A model generated the notes under the pieces. It was given only the letters and a program-made list of their open reading frames with translations. It was not told where the DNA came from and did no database searches. The position numbers and the translations under genes are program-made. Source: Bugula neritina (Eukaryota; Animalia; Bryozoa). From it: DNA of 64,000 nt. Positions 39,716 through 53,240 of the stretch are shown in pieces. The stretch is from contig CAXIUT010000103.1 in the NCBI GenBank assembly GCA_964035545.1, forward strand, positions 248,001 through 312,000, read 5' to 3'. Each line of letters opens with the position of its first letter. The stretch's first letter is position 1.

Positions 39716-42700
39716 ATGCATATTATAACTTACCATAAATCTACAGTGCTTCACATCTTCACCTTTTTCTGCAATGTTATTTCTTTGCAGTTAGAAGTAC
39801 TAGCTGAATATACGACTATGAAACATAGCCCTTCAATTTCATTGCACCAGCACCGGTTGCAAGATAGGTGTGGTGGGAGTTATCTTTCCTAAAAGTTTGT
39901 TCTTGGCGTTTATACGAAGCAGACACAGGCTAATATTAGTTTACTTATTTGAAAGAGTTTTTCTGTCATATTGTCCATCAGCAGGAGCTTGCGCCTTGCA
40001 GTTATTATGGAAATATCAGTGATGCTGGAAGACCTTTGCATTGTACACCCGCCTTTACTATTAAATTTAGATGTTTTATTTTCCCCTCCCCTCTCCTGCC
40101 CCCCTGTCCCTTCTAACAACCAGTAATCCTGACTCATGTGAAATGTGTTATTGTTTTAGAGTTGGACCATGGGCCTACAGTATACGATTTGAAGCTTTAT
40201 AGTTTACAGGCAGTGGAGATGAGTCACTGCTGAAACCCAATTTATTAGTAGACTATATTGCTCTTCAATCATCAGTTTTCATATTAAAAGAGAAAACTCA
40301 TCTGCAGCGCCATTTCACAGTGTTATATTTTGCTAGAGCAATAACTAATTTTAGATGCCTTTGCAAACATATGAGAAATAAATGAGTCATTCTATGAAAA
40401 GAGGTGTTTGCAGCACTTGTCCACTTTTGATTTACACGCAGCATGGAAACTTTTGTAGTTTTAAATAATATCTCCAAACTCATCACTTGCATGTGTTTAG
40501 ATACTTGATAAATTTTTTTATGCAAAACTTGATGCCTGCTTCAAAGACACCAGTGCTTAATTACTGTGTTAACTGTATTGGCACGTTGCCATGAGATATT
40601 TGGTAATATTTCGCATCACAACAAACTCTTCAGAAAGTTAAGAAAATCAGTCTAGAAAGTTAATGAAATAAACCTACCAGAAAGAGTAAGCCAGATGTAA
40701 CAAGTAGATCCAAAACAAGTTGATTAACAATTGAAGTTGAAATCTCCATGTAGTCAACACTTTAGTCCTAATGTCAAATGCAAACGTCTGCAACCAAACT
40801 GTGTAGACTTCATGAGCTGGTTAGCTGACAGGACTCATTAAAGTTCTTGACTCTTGTGTGTATAGTGATGCCCATCTTGAACCAGAGAGGGCTGACTGAA
40901 GACTGCTACTTTGTGAAAATTGACAATGCATATTATTATTATTCATTGTTGAGATTCACGACTGCCATACACAATGATAAAATATTCATTGTTGGTACTA
41001 CTGAGTAGAATAAAATATAATATAATATTATTTTCTGGACAGATAAATAATATCAAATGCATATTATAACTTACCATAAATCTACAGTGCTTCACATCTT
41101 CACCTTTTTCTGCAATGTTATTTCTTTGCAGTTAGAAGTACTAGCTGAATATATGACTATGAAACATAACCCTTCAATTTCATTGCACCAGCACCAGTTG
41201 CAAGATAGGTGTGTTGGGAGTTATCTTTCCCAAAATTTTGTTCTTGGTGTTTATACGAAGCAGACACAGGCTAATATTAGTTTTGTTATTTGCAAGAGTT
41301 TTTCTGTCTGATTGTCCGTCAGCAAAAGTTTGCGCCTTGCAGTTATTATGGAAATACCAGTGATGCTCGAAGACCTGTGCATTGTACACCTGCCTTTACT
41401 ATTGAATTTAGATGTTTTATTTTCCCATATCCCCTCTCCTGCCCCCTGCCCCCTCTAACAACCAGCAATCCTGACTCATGTGAATTGTGTTATTGTTCTA
41501 GAGTTGGCCCATGGGCCTACAGTATACGATTTGAAGCTTTATAGTTTACAGGCAGTGGAGATGAGTCACTGCTGAAACCCATTTTATTAGTAGACTATAT
41601 TGCTCTTCAATCATCAGTTTTCATATTAAAAGAGAAAGCTCATCTGCAGCGCCATTTCACAGTGTTATATTTTGCTAGAGCAATAACTAATTTTAGATGC
41701 CTTTGCAAACATATGAGAAATAACTGAGTCATTCTATGAAAAGAGGTGTTTGCAGCACTTGTCGACTTTTGATTTACACGCGGCATGGAAACTTTTGTAG
41801 TTTTAAATAATATCTCCAAACTCATCACTTGCATGTGTTTAGATACTTGATGAAAATTTTTATGCATAACTTGATGCCTGCTTCAAAGACACCAGTGCTT
41901 AGTTACTGTGTTAAATGTATTGGCACGTTGCCATGAGATATTTGGTAATATTTCGCATCACAACAAACTCTTCAGAAAGTTAAGAAAATCAGTCTAGAAA
42001 GTTAATGAAATAAACCTACCAGAGAGAGTAAGCCAGATGTAACAAGTAGATCCAAAACAAGTTGATTAACAATTGAAGTTGAAATCTCCATGTAGTCAAC
42101 ACTTTAGTCCTAATGTCAAATGCAAACGTCTGCAACCAAACTGTGTAGACTTCATGAGCTGGTTAGCTGACAGGACTCATTAAAGTTCTTGACTCTTGTG
42201 TGTATAGTGATGCCCATCTTGAACCAGAGAAGGCTGACTGAAGACTGCTACTTTGTGAAAATTGACAATGCATATTATTATTATTCATTGTTGAGATTCA
42301 CGACTGCCATACACAATGATAAAATATTCATTGTTGGTACTACTGAGTAGAATAAAATATAATATAATATTATTTTCTGGACAGATAAATAATATCAAAT
42401 GCATATTATAACTTACCATAAATCTACAGTGCTTCACATCTTCACCTTTTTCTGCAATGTTATTTCTTTGCAGTTAGAAGTACTAGCTGAATATACGACT
42501 ATGAAACATAGCCCTTCAATTTCATTGCACCAGCACCGGTTGCAAGATAGGTGTGGTGGGAGTTATCTTTCCTAAAAGTTTGTTCTTGGCGTTTATACGA
42601 AGCAGACACAGGCTAATATTAGTTTACTTATTTGAAAGAGTTTTTCTGTCATATTGTCCATCAGCAGGAGCTTGCGCCTTGCAGTTATTATGGAAATATC

Positions 42701-44050
42701 AGTGATGCTGGAAGACCTTTGCATTGTACACCCGCCTTTACTATTAAATTTAGATGTTTTATTTTCCCCTCCCCTCTCCTGCCCCCCTGTCCCTTCTAAC
42801 AACCAGTAATCCTGACTCATGTGAAATGTGTTATTGTTTTAGAGTTGGACCATGGGCCTACAGTATACGATTTGAAGCTTTATAGTTTACAGGCAGTGGA
42901 GATGAGTCACTGCTGAAACCCAATTTATTAGTAGACTATATTGCTCTTCAATCATCAGTTTTCATATTAAAAGAGAAAACTCATCTGCAGCGCCATTTCA
43001 CAGTGTTATATTTTGCTAGAGCAATAACTAATTTTAGATGCCTTTGCAAACATATGAGAAATAAATGAGTCATTCTATGAAAAGAGGTGTTTGCAGCACT
43101 TGTCCACTTTTGATTTACACGCAGCATGGAAACTTTTGTAGTTTTAAATAATATCTCCAAACTCATCACTTGCATGTGTTTAGATACTTGATAAATTTTT
43201 TTATGCAAAACTTGATGCCTGCTTCAAAGACACCAGTGCTTAATTACTGTGTTAACTGTATTGGCACGTTGCCATGAGATATTTGGTAATATTTCGCATC
43301 ACAACAAACTCTTCAGAAAGTTAAGAAAATCAGTCTAGAAAGTTAATGAAATAAACCTACCAGAAAGAGTAAGCCAGATGTAACAAGTAGATCCAAAACA
43401 AGTTGATTAACAATTGAAGTTGAAATCTCCATGTAGTCAACACTTTAGTCCTAATGTCAAATGCAAACGTCTGCAACCAAACTGTGTAGACTTCATGAGC
43501 TGGTTAGCTGACAGGACTCATTAAAGTTCTTGACTCTTGTGTGTATAGTGATGCCCATCTTGAACCAGAGAGGGCTGACTGAAGACTGCTACTTTGTGAA
43601 AATTGACAATGCATATTATTATTATTCATTGTTGAGATTCACGACTGCCATACACAATGATAAAATATTCATTGTTGGTACTACTGAGTAGAATAAAATA
43701 TAATATAATATTATTTTCTGGACAGATAAATAATATCAAATGCATATTATAACTTACCATAAATCTACAGTGCTTCACATCTTCACCTTTTTCTGCAATG
43801 TTATTTCTTTGCAGTTAGAAGTACTAGCTGAATATATGACTATGAAACATAACCCTTCAATTTCATTGCACCAGCACCAGTTGCAAGATAGGTGTGTTGG
43901 GAGTTATCTTTCCCAAAATTTTGTTCTTGGTGTTTATACGAAGCAGACACAGGCTAATATTAGTTTTGTTATTTGCAAGAGTTTTTCTGTCTGATTGTCC
44001 GTCAGCAAAAGTTTGCGCCTTGCAGTTATTATGGAAATACCAGTGATGCT
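38957..44050. repeat. Second dimeric higher-order repeat (2683 bp) containing the diverged D-type monomer
   Basis: ORF-track pairs 38957/41640, 39910/42593, 40298/42981 and 41057/43740 are all offset by 2683 bp with identical translations. Confidence 0.85.
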
Positions 44051-47000
44051 GGAAGACCTTTGCATTGTACATCCGCTTTTACTATTGAATTTAGATGTTT
44101 TATTTTCCCATCCCCTCTCCTGCCCCCCTGTCCCCTCTAACAACCAGCAATCCTGACTCATGTGAATTGTGTTATTGTTCTAGAGTTGGCCCATGGGCCT
44201 ACAGTATACGATTTGAAGCTTTATAGTTTACAGGCAGTGGAGATGAGTCACTGCTGAAACCCATTTTATTAGTAGACTATATTGCTCTTCAATCATCAGT
44301 TTTCATATTAAAAGAGAAAGCTCATCTGCAGCGCCATTTCACAGTGTTATATTTTGCTAGAGCAATAACTAATTTTAGGTGCCTTTGCAAACATGTGAGA
44401 AATAACTGAGTCATTCTATGAAAAGAGGTGTTTGCAGCACTTGTCCACTTTTGATTTACACGCGGCATGGAAACTTTTGTAGTTTTAAATAGTATCTCCA
44501 AACTCATCACTTGCATGCGTTTAGATACTTGATGAAAATGTTTATGCATAACTTGATGCCTGCTTCAAAGACACCAGCGCTTAGTTACTGTGTTAAATGT
44601 ATTGGCACGTTGCCATGAGATATTTGGTAATATTTCGCATCACAACAAACTCTTCAGATAGTTAAGAAAATCAGTCTAGAAAGTTAATGAAATAAACCTA
44701 CCAGAGAGAGTAAGCCAGATGTAACAAGTAGATCCAAAACAAGTTGATTAACAATTGAAGTTGAAATCTCCATGTAGTCAACACTTTAGTCCTAATGTCA
44801 AATGCAAACGTCTGCAACCAAACTGTGTAGACTTCATGAGCTGGTTAGCTGACAGGACTCATTAAAGTTCTTGACTCTTGTGTGTATAGTGATGCCCATC
44901 TTGAACCAGAGAGGGCTGACTGAAGACTGCTACTTTGTGAAAATTGACAATGCATATTATTATTATTCATTGTTGAGATTCACAACTGCCATACACAATG
45001 ATAAAATATTCATTGTTGGTACTACTGAGTAGAATAAAATATAATATAATATTATTTTCTGGACAGATAAATAATATCAAATGCATATTATAACTTACCA
45101 TAAATCTACAGTGCTTCACATCTTCACCTTTTTCTGCAATGTTATTTCTTTGCAGTTAGAAGTACTAGCTGAATATATGACTATGAAACATAACCCTTCA
45201 ATTTCATTGCACCAGCACCAGTTGCAAGATAGGTGTGTTGGGAGTTATCTTTCCCAAAATTTTGTTCTTGGTGTTTATACGAAGCAGACACAGGCTAATA
45301 TTAGTTTTGTTATTTGCAAGAGTTTTTCTGTCTGATTGTCCATCAGCAAAAGTTTGCGCCTTGCAGTTATTATGGAAATACCAGTGATGCTCGAAGACCT
45401 TTGCATTGTACATCCGCTTTTACTATTGAATTTAGATGTTTTATTTTCCCATCCCCTCTCCTGCCCCCCTGTCCCCTCTAACAACCAGCAATCCTGACTT
45501 ATGTGAATTTTGTTATTGTTCTAGAGTTGGCCCATGGGTCTACAGTATACGATTTGAAGCTTTATAGTTTACAGGCAGTGGAGATGAGTCACTGCTGAAA
45601 GCCATTTTATTAGTAGACTATATTGCTCTTCAATCATCAGTTTTCATATTAAAAGAGAAAGCTCATCTGCAGCGCCATTTCACAGTGTTATATTTTGCTA
45701 GAGCAATAACTAATTTTAGATGCCTTTGCAAACATATGAGAAATAACTGAGTCATTCTATGAAAAGAGGTGTTTGCAGCACTTGTCGACTTTTGATTTAC
45801 ACGCGGCATGGAAACTTTTGTAGTTTTAAATAATATCTCCAAACTCATCACTTGCATGTGTTTAGATACTTGATGAAAATTTTTATGCATAACTTGATGC
45901 CTGCTTCAAAGACACCAGTGCTTAGTTACTGTGTTAAATGTATTGGCACGTTGCCATGAGATATTTGGTAATATTTCGCATCACAACAAACTCTTCAGAA
46001 AGTTAAGAAAATCAGTCTAGAAAGTTAATGAAATAAACCTACCAGAGAGAGTAAGCCAGATGTAACAAGTAGATCCAAAACAAGTTGATTAACAATTGAA
46101 GTTGAAATCTCCATGTAGTCAACACTTTAGTCCTAATGTCAAATGCAAACGTCTGCAACCAAACTGTGTAGACTTCATGAGCTGGTTAGCTGACAGGACT
46201 CATTAAAGTTCTTGACTCTTGTGTGTATAGTGATGCCCATCTTGAACCAGAGAAGGCTGACTGAAGACTGCTACTTTGTGAAAATTGACAATGCATATTA
46301 TTATTATTCATTGTTGAGATTCACGACTGCCATACACAATGATAAAATATTCATTGTTGGTACTACTGAGTAGAATAAAATATAATATAATATTATTTTC
46401 TGGACAGATAAATAATATCAAATGCATATTATAACTTACCATAAATCTACAGTGCTTCACATCTTCACCTTTTTCTGCAATGTTATTTCTTTGCAGTTAG
46501 AAGTACTAGCTGAATATACGACTATGAAACAAAACCCTTCAATTTCATTGCACCAGCACCAGTTGCAAGATAGGTGTGTTGGGAGTTATCTTTCCCAAAA
46601 TTTTGTTCTTGGTGTTTATACGAAGCAGACACAGGCTAATATTAGTTTTGTAATTTGCAAAAGTTTTTCTGTCTGATTGTCCATCAGCAAAAGTTTGCGC
46701 CTTGCAGTTATTATGGAAATACCAGTGATGCTGGAAGACCTTTGCATTGTACACCCGCTTTTACTATTGAATTTAGATGTTTTATTTTCCCATATCCCCT
46801 CTCCTGCCCCCTGCCCCCTCTAACAACCAGCAATCCTGACTCATGTGAGTTGTGTTATTGTTCTAGAGTTGGCCCATGGGCCTACAGTATACGATTTGAA
46901 GCTTTATAGTTTACAGGCAGTGGAGATGAGTCACTGCTGAAACCCATGTTATTAGTAGACTATATTGCTCTTCAATCATCAGTTTTCATATTAAAAGAGA

Positions 47001-50000
47001 AAGCTCATCTGCAGCGCCATTTCACAGTGTTATATTTTGCTAGAGCAATAACTAATTTTAGATGCCTTTGCAAACATATGAGAAATAACTGAGTCATTCT
47101 ATGAAAAGAGGTGTTTGCAGCACTTGTCGACTTTTGATTTACACGCGGCATGGAAACTTTTGTAGTTTTAAATAATATCTCCAAACTCATCACTTGCATG
47201 TGTTTAGATACTTGATGAAAATTTTTATGCATAACTTGATGCCTGCTTCAAAGACACCAGTGCTTAGTTACTGTGTTAAATGTATTGGCACGTTGCCATG
47301 AGATATTTGGTAATATTTCGCATCACAACAAACTCTTCAGAAAGTTAAGAAAATCAGTCTAGAAAGTTAATGAAATAAACCTACCAGAGAGAGTAAGCCA
47401 GATGTAACAAGTAGATCCAAAACAAGTTGATTAACAATTGAAGTTGAAATCTCCATGTAGTCAACACTTTAGTCCTAATGTCAAATGCAAACGTCTGCAA
47501 CCAAACTGTGTAGACTTCATGAGCTGGTTAGCTGACAGGACTCATTAAAGTTCTTGACTCTTGTGTGTATAGTGATGCCCATCTTGAACCAGAGAAGGCT
47601 GACTGAAGACTGCTACTTTGTGAAAATTGACAATGCATATTATTATTATTCATTGTTGAGATTCACGACTGCCATACACAATGATAAAATATTCATTGTT
47701 GGTACTACTGAGTAGAATAAAATATAATATAATATTATTTTCTGGACAGATAAATAATATCAAATGCATATTATAACTTACCATAAATCTACAGTGCTTC
47801 ACATCTTCACCTTTTTCTGCAATGTTATTTCTTTGCAGTTAGAAGTACTAGCTGAATATACGACTATGAAACAAAACCCTTCAATTTCATTGCACCAGCA
47901 CCAGTTGCAAGATAGGTGTGTTGGGAGTTATCTTTCCCAAAATTTTGTTCTTGGTGTTTATACGAAGCAGACACAGGCTAATATTAGTTTTGTAATTTGC
48001 AAGAGTTTTTCTGTCTGATTGTCCATCAGCAAAAGTTTTCGCCTTGCAGTTATTATGGAAATACCAGTGATGCTGGAAGACCTTTGCATTGTACACCCGC
48101 TTTTACTATTGAATTTAGATGTTTCATTTTCCCATCCCATCTCCTGCCCCCCCCCCTGTCCCCTCTAACAACCAGCAATCCTGACTCATGTGAGTTGTGT
48201 TATTGTTCTAGAGTTGGCCCATGGGCCTACAGTATACGATTTGAAGCTTTATAGTTTACAGGCAGTGGAGATGAGTCACTGCTGAAACCCATTTTATTAG
48301 TAGACTATATTGCTCTTCAATCATCAGTTTTCATATTAAAAGAGAAAGCTCATCTGCAGCGCCATTTCACAGTGTTATATTTTGCTAGAGCAATAACTAA
48401 TTTTAGATGCCTTTGCAAACATATGAGAAATAACTGAGTCATTCTATGAAAAGAGGTGTTTGCAGCACTTGTCCACTTTTGATTTACACGCGGCATGGAA
48501 ACTTTTGTAGTTTTAAATAGTATCTCCAAACTCATCACTTGCATGCGTTTAGATATTTGATGAAAATTTTTATGCATAACTTGATGCCTGCTTCAAAGAC
48601 ACCAGTGCTTAGTTACTGTGTTAAATGTATTGGCACGTTGCCATGAAATATTTGGTAATATTCCGCATCACAACAAACTCTTCAGATAGTTAAGAAAATC
48701 AGTCTAGAAAGTTAATGAAATAAACCTACCAGAGAGAGTAAGCCAGATGTAACAAGTAGATCCAAAACAAGTTGATTAACAATTGAAGTTGAAATCTCCA
48801 TGTAGTCAACACTTTAGTCCTAATGTCAAATGCAAACGTCTGCAACCAAACTGTGTAGACTTCATGAGCTGGTTAGCTGACAGGACTCATTAAAGTTCTT
48901 GACTCTTGTGTGTATAGTGATGCCCATCTTGAACCAGAGAGGGCTGACTGAAGACTGCTACTTTGTGAAAATTGACAATGCATATTATTATTATTCATTG
49001 TTGAGATTCACGACTGCCATACACAATGATAAAATATTCATTGTTGGTACTACTGAGTAGAATAAAATATAATATAATATTATTTTCTGGACAGATAAAT
49101 AATATCAAATGCATATTATAACTTACCATAAATCTACAGTGCTTCACATCTTCACCTTTTTCTGCAATGTTATTTCTTTGCAGTTAGAAGTACTAGCTGA
49201 ATATACGACTATGAAACAAAACCCTTCAATTTCATTGCACCAGCACCAGTTGCAAGATAGGTGTGTTGGGAGTTATCTTTCCCAAAATTTTGTTCTTGGT
49301 GTTTATACGAAGCAGACACAGGCTAATATTAGTTTTGTAATTTGCAAGAGTTTTTCTGTCTGATTGTCCATCAGCAAAAGTTTTCGCCTTGCAGTTATTA
49401 TGGAAATACCAGTGATGCTCGAAGACCTGTGCATTGTACACCTGCCTTTACTATTGAATTTAGATGTTTTATTTTCCCATATCCCCTCTCCTGCCCCCTG
49501 CCCCCTCTAACAACCAGCAATCCTGACTCATGTGAGTTGTGTTATTGTTCTAGAGTTGGCCCATGGGCCTACAGTATACGATTTGAAGCTTTATAGTTTA
49601 CAGGCAGTGGAGATGAGTCACTGCTGAAACCCATGTTATTAGTAGACTATATTGCTCTTCAATCATCAGTTTTCATATTAAAAGAGAAAGCTCATCTGCA
49701 GCGCCATTTCACAGTGTTATATTTTGCTAGAGCAATAACTAATTTTAGATGCCTTTGCAAACATATGAGAAATAACTGAGTCATTCTATGAAAAGAGGTG
49801 TTTGCAGCACTTGTCGACTTTTGATTTACACGCGGCATGGAAACTTTTGTAGTTTTAAATAATATCTCCAAACTCATCACTTGCATGTGTTTAGATACTT
49901 GATGAAAATTTTTATGCATAACTTGATGCCTGCTTCAAAGACACCAGTGCTTAGTTACTGTGTTAAATGTATTGGCACGTTGCCATGAGATATTTGGTAA

Positions 50001-50893
50001 TATTTCGCATCACAACAAACTCTTCAGAAAGTTAAGAAAATCAGTCTAGAAAGTTAATGAAATAAACCTACCAGAGAGAGTAAGCCAGATGTAACAAGTA
50101 GATCCAAAACAAGTTGATTAACAATTGAAGTTGAAATCTCCATGTAGTCAACACTTTAGTCCTAATGTCAAATGCAAACGTCTGCAACCAAACTGTGTAG
50201 ACTTCATGAGCTGGTTAGCTGACAGGACTCATTAAAGTTCTTGACTCTTGTGTGTATAGTGATGCCCATCTTGAACCAGAGAAGGCTGACTGAAGACTGC
50301 TACTTTGTGAAAATTGACAATGCATATTATTATTATTCATTGTTGAGATTCACGACTGCCATACACAATGATAAAATATTCATTGTTGGTACTACTGAGT
50401 AGAATAAAATATAATATAATATTATTTTCTGGACAGATAAATAATATCAAATGCATATTATAACTTACCATAAATCTACAGTGCTTCACATCTTCACCTT
50501 TTTCTGCAATGTTATTTCTTTGCAGTTAGAAGTACTAGCTGAATATACGACTATGAAACAAAACCCTTCAATTTCATTGCACCAGCACCAGTTGCAAGAT
50601 AGGTGTGTTGGGAGTTATCTTTCCCAAAATTTTGTTCTTGGTGTTTATACGAAGCAGACACAGGCTAATATTAGTTTTGTAATTTGCAAGAGTTTTTCTG
50701 TCTGATTGTCCATCAGCAAAAGTTTTCGCCTTGCAGTTATTATGGAAATACCAGTGATGCTGGAAGACCTTTGCATTGTACACCCGCTTTTACTATTGAA
50801 TTTAGATGTTTCATTTTCCCATCCCATCTCCTGCCCCCCCCCCTGTCCCCTCTAACAACCAGCAATCCTGACTCATGTGAATTGTGTTATTGT

Positions 50894-53240
50894 GCTAGAG
50901 TTGGCCCATGGGCCTACAGTATACGATTTGAAGCTTTATAGTTTACAGGCAGTGGAGATGAGTCACTGCTAAAACCCATTTTGTTAGTAGACTATATTGC
51001 TCTTCAATCATCAGTTTTCATATTAAAAGAGAAAGCTCATCTGCAGCGCCATTTCACAGTGTTATATTTTGCTAGAGCAAAAACTAATTTTAGATGCCTT
51101 TGCAAACATATGAGAAATAAATGAGTCATTCCATGAAAAGAGGTGTTTGCAGCAATTGTCCACTTTTGATTTACAAGCGGCATGGAAACTTTTGTAGTTT
51201 TAAATAATATCACCAAACTCATCACTTGCATGTGTTTAGATACTTGATAAATTTTTTTATGCAAAACTTGATGCCTGCTTCAAAGACACCAGTGCTTAAT
51301 TACTGTGTTAACTGTATTGGCACGTTGCCATGAGATATTTGGTAATATTTCGCATCACAACAAACTCTTCAAAAAGTTAAGAAAATCAGTCTAGAAAGTT
51401 AATGAAATAAACCTACCAGAAAGAGTAAGCCAGATGTAACAAGTAGATCCAAAACAATTAGTTGATTAACAATTGAAGTTGAAATCTCCATGTAGTCAAC
51501 ACTTTAGTCCTAATGTCAAATGCAAACGCCTGCAATCAAACTGTGTAGACTTCATGAGCTGGTTAGCTGACAGGACTCATTAAAGTTCTTAACTCTTGTG
51601 TGTATAGTGATGCCCATCTTGAACTAGAGAGGGCTGACTGAAGACTGCTACTTTGTGAAAATTGACAATGCATATTATTATTATTCATTGTTGAGATTCA
51701 CGACTGCCATAAACAATGATAAAATATTCATTGTTGGTACTACTGAGTAGAATAAAATATAATATAATATTATTTTCTGGACAAATAAATAATATCAAAT
51801 GCATATTATAACTTACCATAAATCTACAGTGCTTCACATCTTCACTTTTTTCTGCAATGCTATTTCTTTGCAGTTAGAAGTACTAGTTGAAAATATGACT
51901 ATGAAACATAACCCTTCAATTTCATTGCACCAGCACCAGTTGCAAGATAGGTGTGTTGGGAGTTATCTTTCCAAAAATTTTGTTCTTTGTGTTTATACGA
52001 AGCAGACACAGGCTAATATTAGTTTTGTTATTTGCAAGAGTTTTTCTGTCTGATTGTCCATCAGCAAAAGTTTGGCCTTGCAGTTATTATGGAAATACCA
52101 GTGATGCTGGAAGACCTTTGCATTGTACACCCGCCTTTACTATTGAATTTAGATGTTTTATTTTCCCATCCCCTCTCCTGCCCCCCTGTCCCCTCTAACA
52201 ACCAGCAATCCTGACTCATGTGAATTGTGTTATTGTTCTAGAGTTGGCCCATGGGCCTACAGTATACGATTTGAAGCTTTATAGTTTACAGGCAGTGGAG
52301 ATGAGTCACTGCTAAAACCCATTTTGTTAGTAGACTATATTGCTCTTCAATCATCAGTTTTCATATTAAAAGAGAAAGCTCATCTGCAGCGCCATTTCAC
52401 AGTGTTATATTTTGCTAGAGCAAAAACTAATTTTAGATGCCTTTGCAAACATATGAGAAATAAATGAGTCATTCCATGAAAAGAGGTGTTTGCAGCAATT
52501 GTCCACTTTTGATTTACAAGCGGCATGGAAACTTTTGTAGTTTTAAATAATATCACCAAACTCATCACTTGCATGTGTTTAGATACTTGATAAATTTTTT
52601 TATGCAAAACTTGATGCCTGCTTCAAAGACACCAGTGCTTAATTACTGTGTTAACTGTATTGGCACGTTGCCATGAGATATTTGGTAATATTTCGCATCA
52701 CAACAAACTCTTCAAAAAGTTAAGAAAATCAGTCTAGAAAGTTAATGAAATAAACCTACCAGAAAGAGTAAGCCAGATGTAACAAGTAGATCCAAAACAA
52801 TTAGTTGATTAACAATTGAAGTTGAAATCTCCATGTAGTCAACACTTTAGTCCTAATGTCAAATGCAAACGCCTGCAATCAAACTGTGTAGACTTCATGA
52901 GCTGGTTAGCTGACAGGACTCATTAAAGTTCTTAACTCTTGTGTGTATAGTGATGCCCATCTTGAACTAGAGAGGGCTGACTGAAGACTGCTACTTTGTG
53001 AAAATTGACAATGCATATTATTATTATTCATTGTTGAGATTCACGACTGCCATAAACAATGATAAAATATTCATTGTTGGTACTACTGAGTAGAATAAAA
53101 TATAATATAATATTATTTTCTGGACAAATAAATAATATCAAATGCATATTATAACTTACCATAAATCTACAGTGCTTCACATCTTCACTTTTTTCTGCAA
53201 TGTTATTTCTTTGCAGTTAGAAGTACTAGTTGAAAATATG
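50894..53240. repeat. Local tandem duplication of a distinct monomer variant with a 3-bp TTA insertion
   Basis: AAAACAATTAGTTG at 51451-51464 recurs 1343 bp later (insertion at 52801-52803). The two copies share private variants GCTAAAACCC, GAGCAAAAAC, ATTCCATG, ACGCCTGCAATC and TAGTTGAAAAT. Confidence 0.9.
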
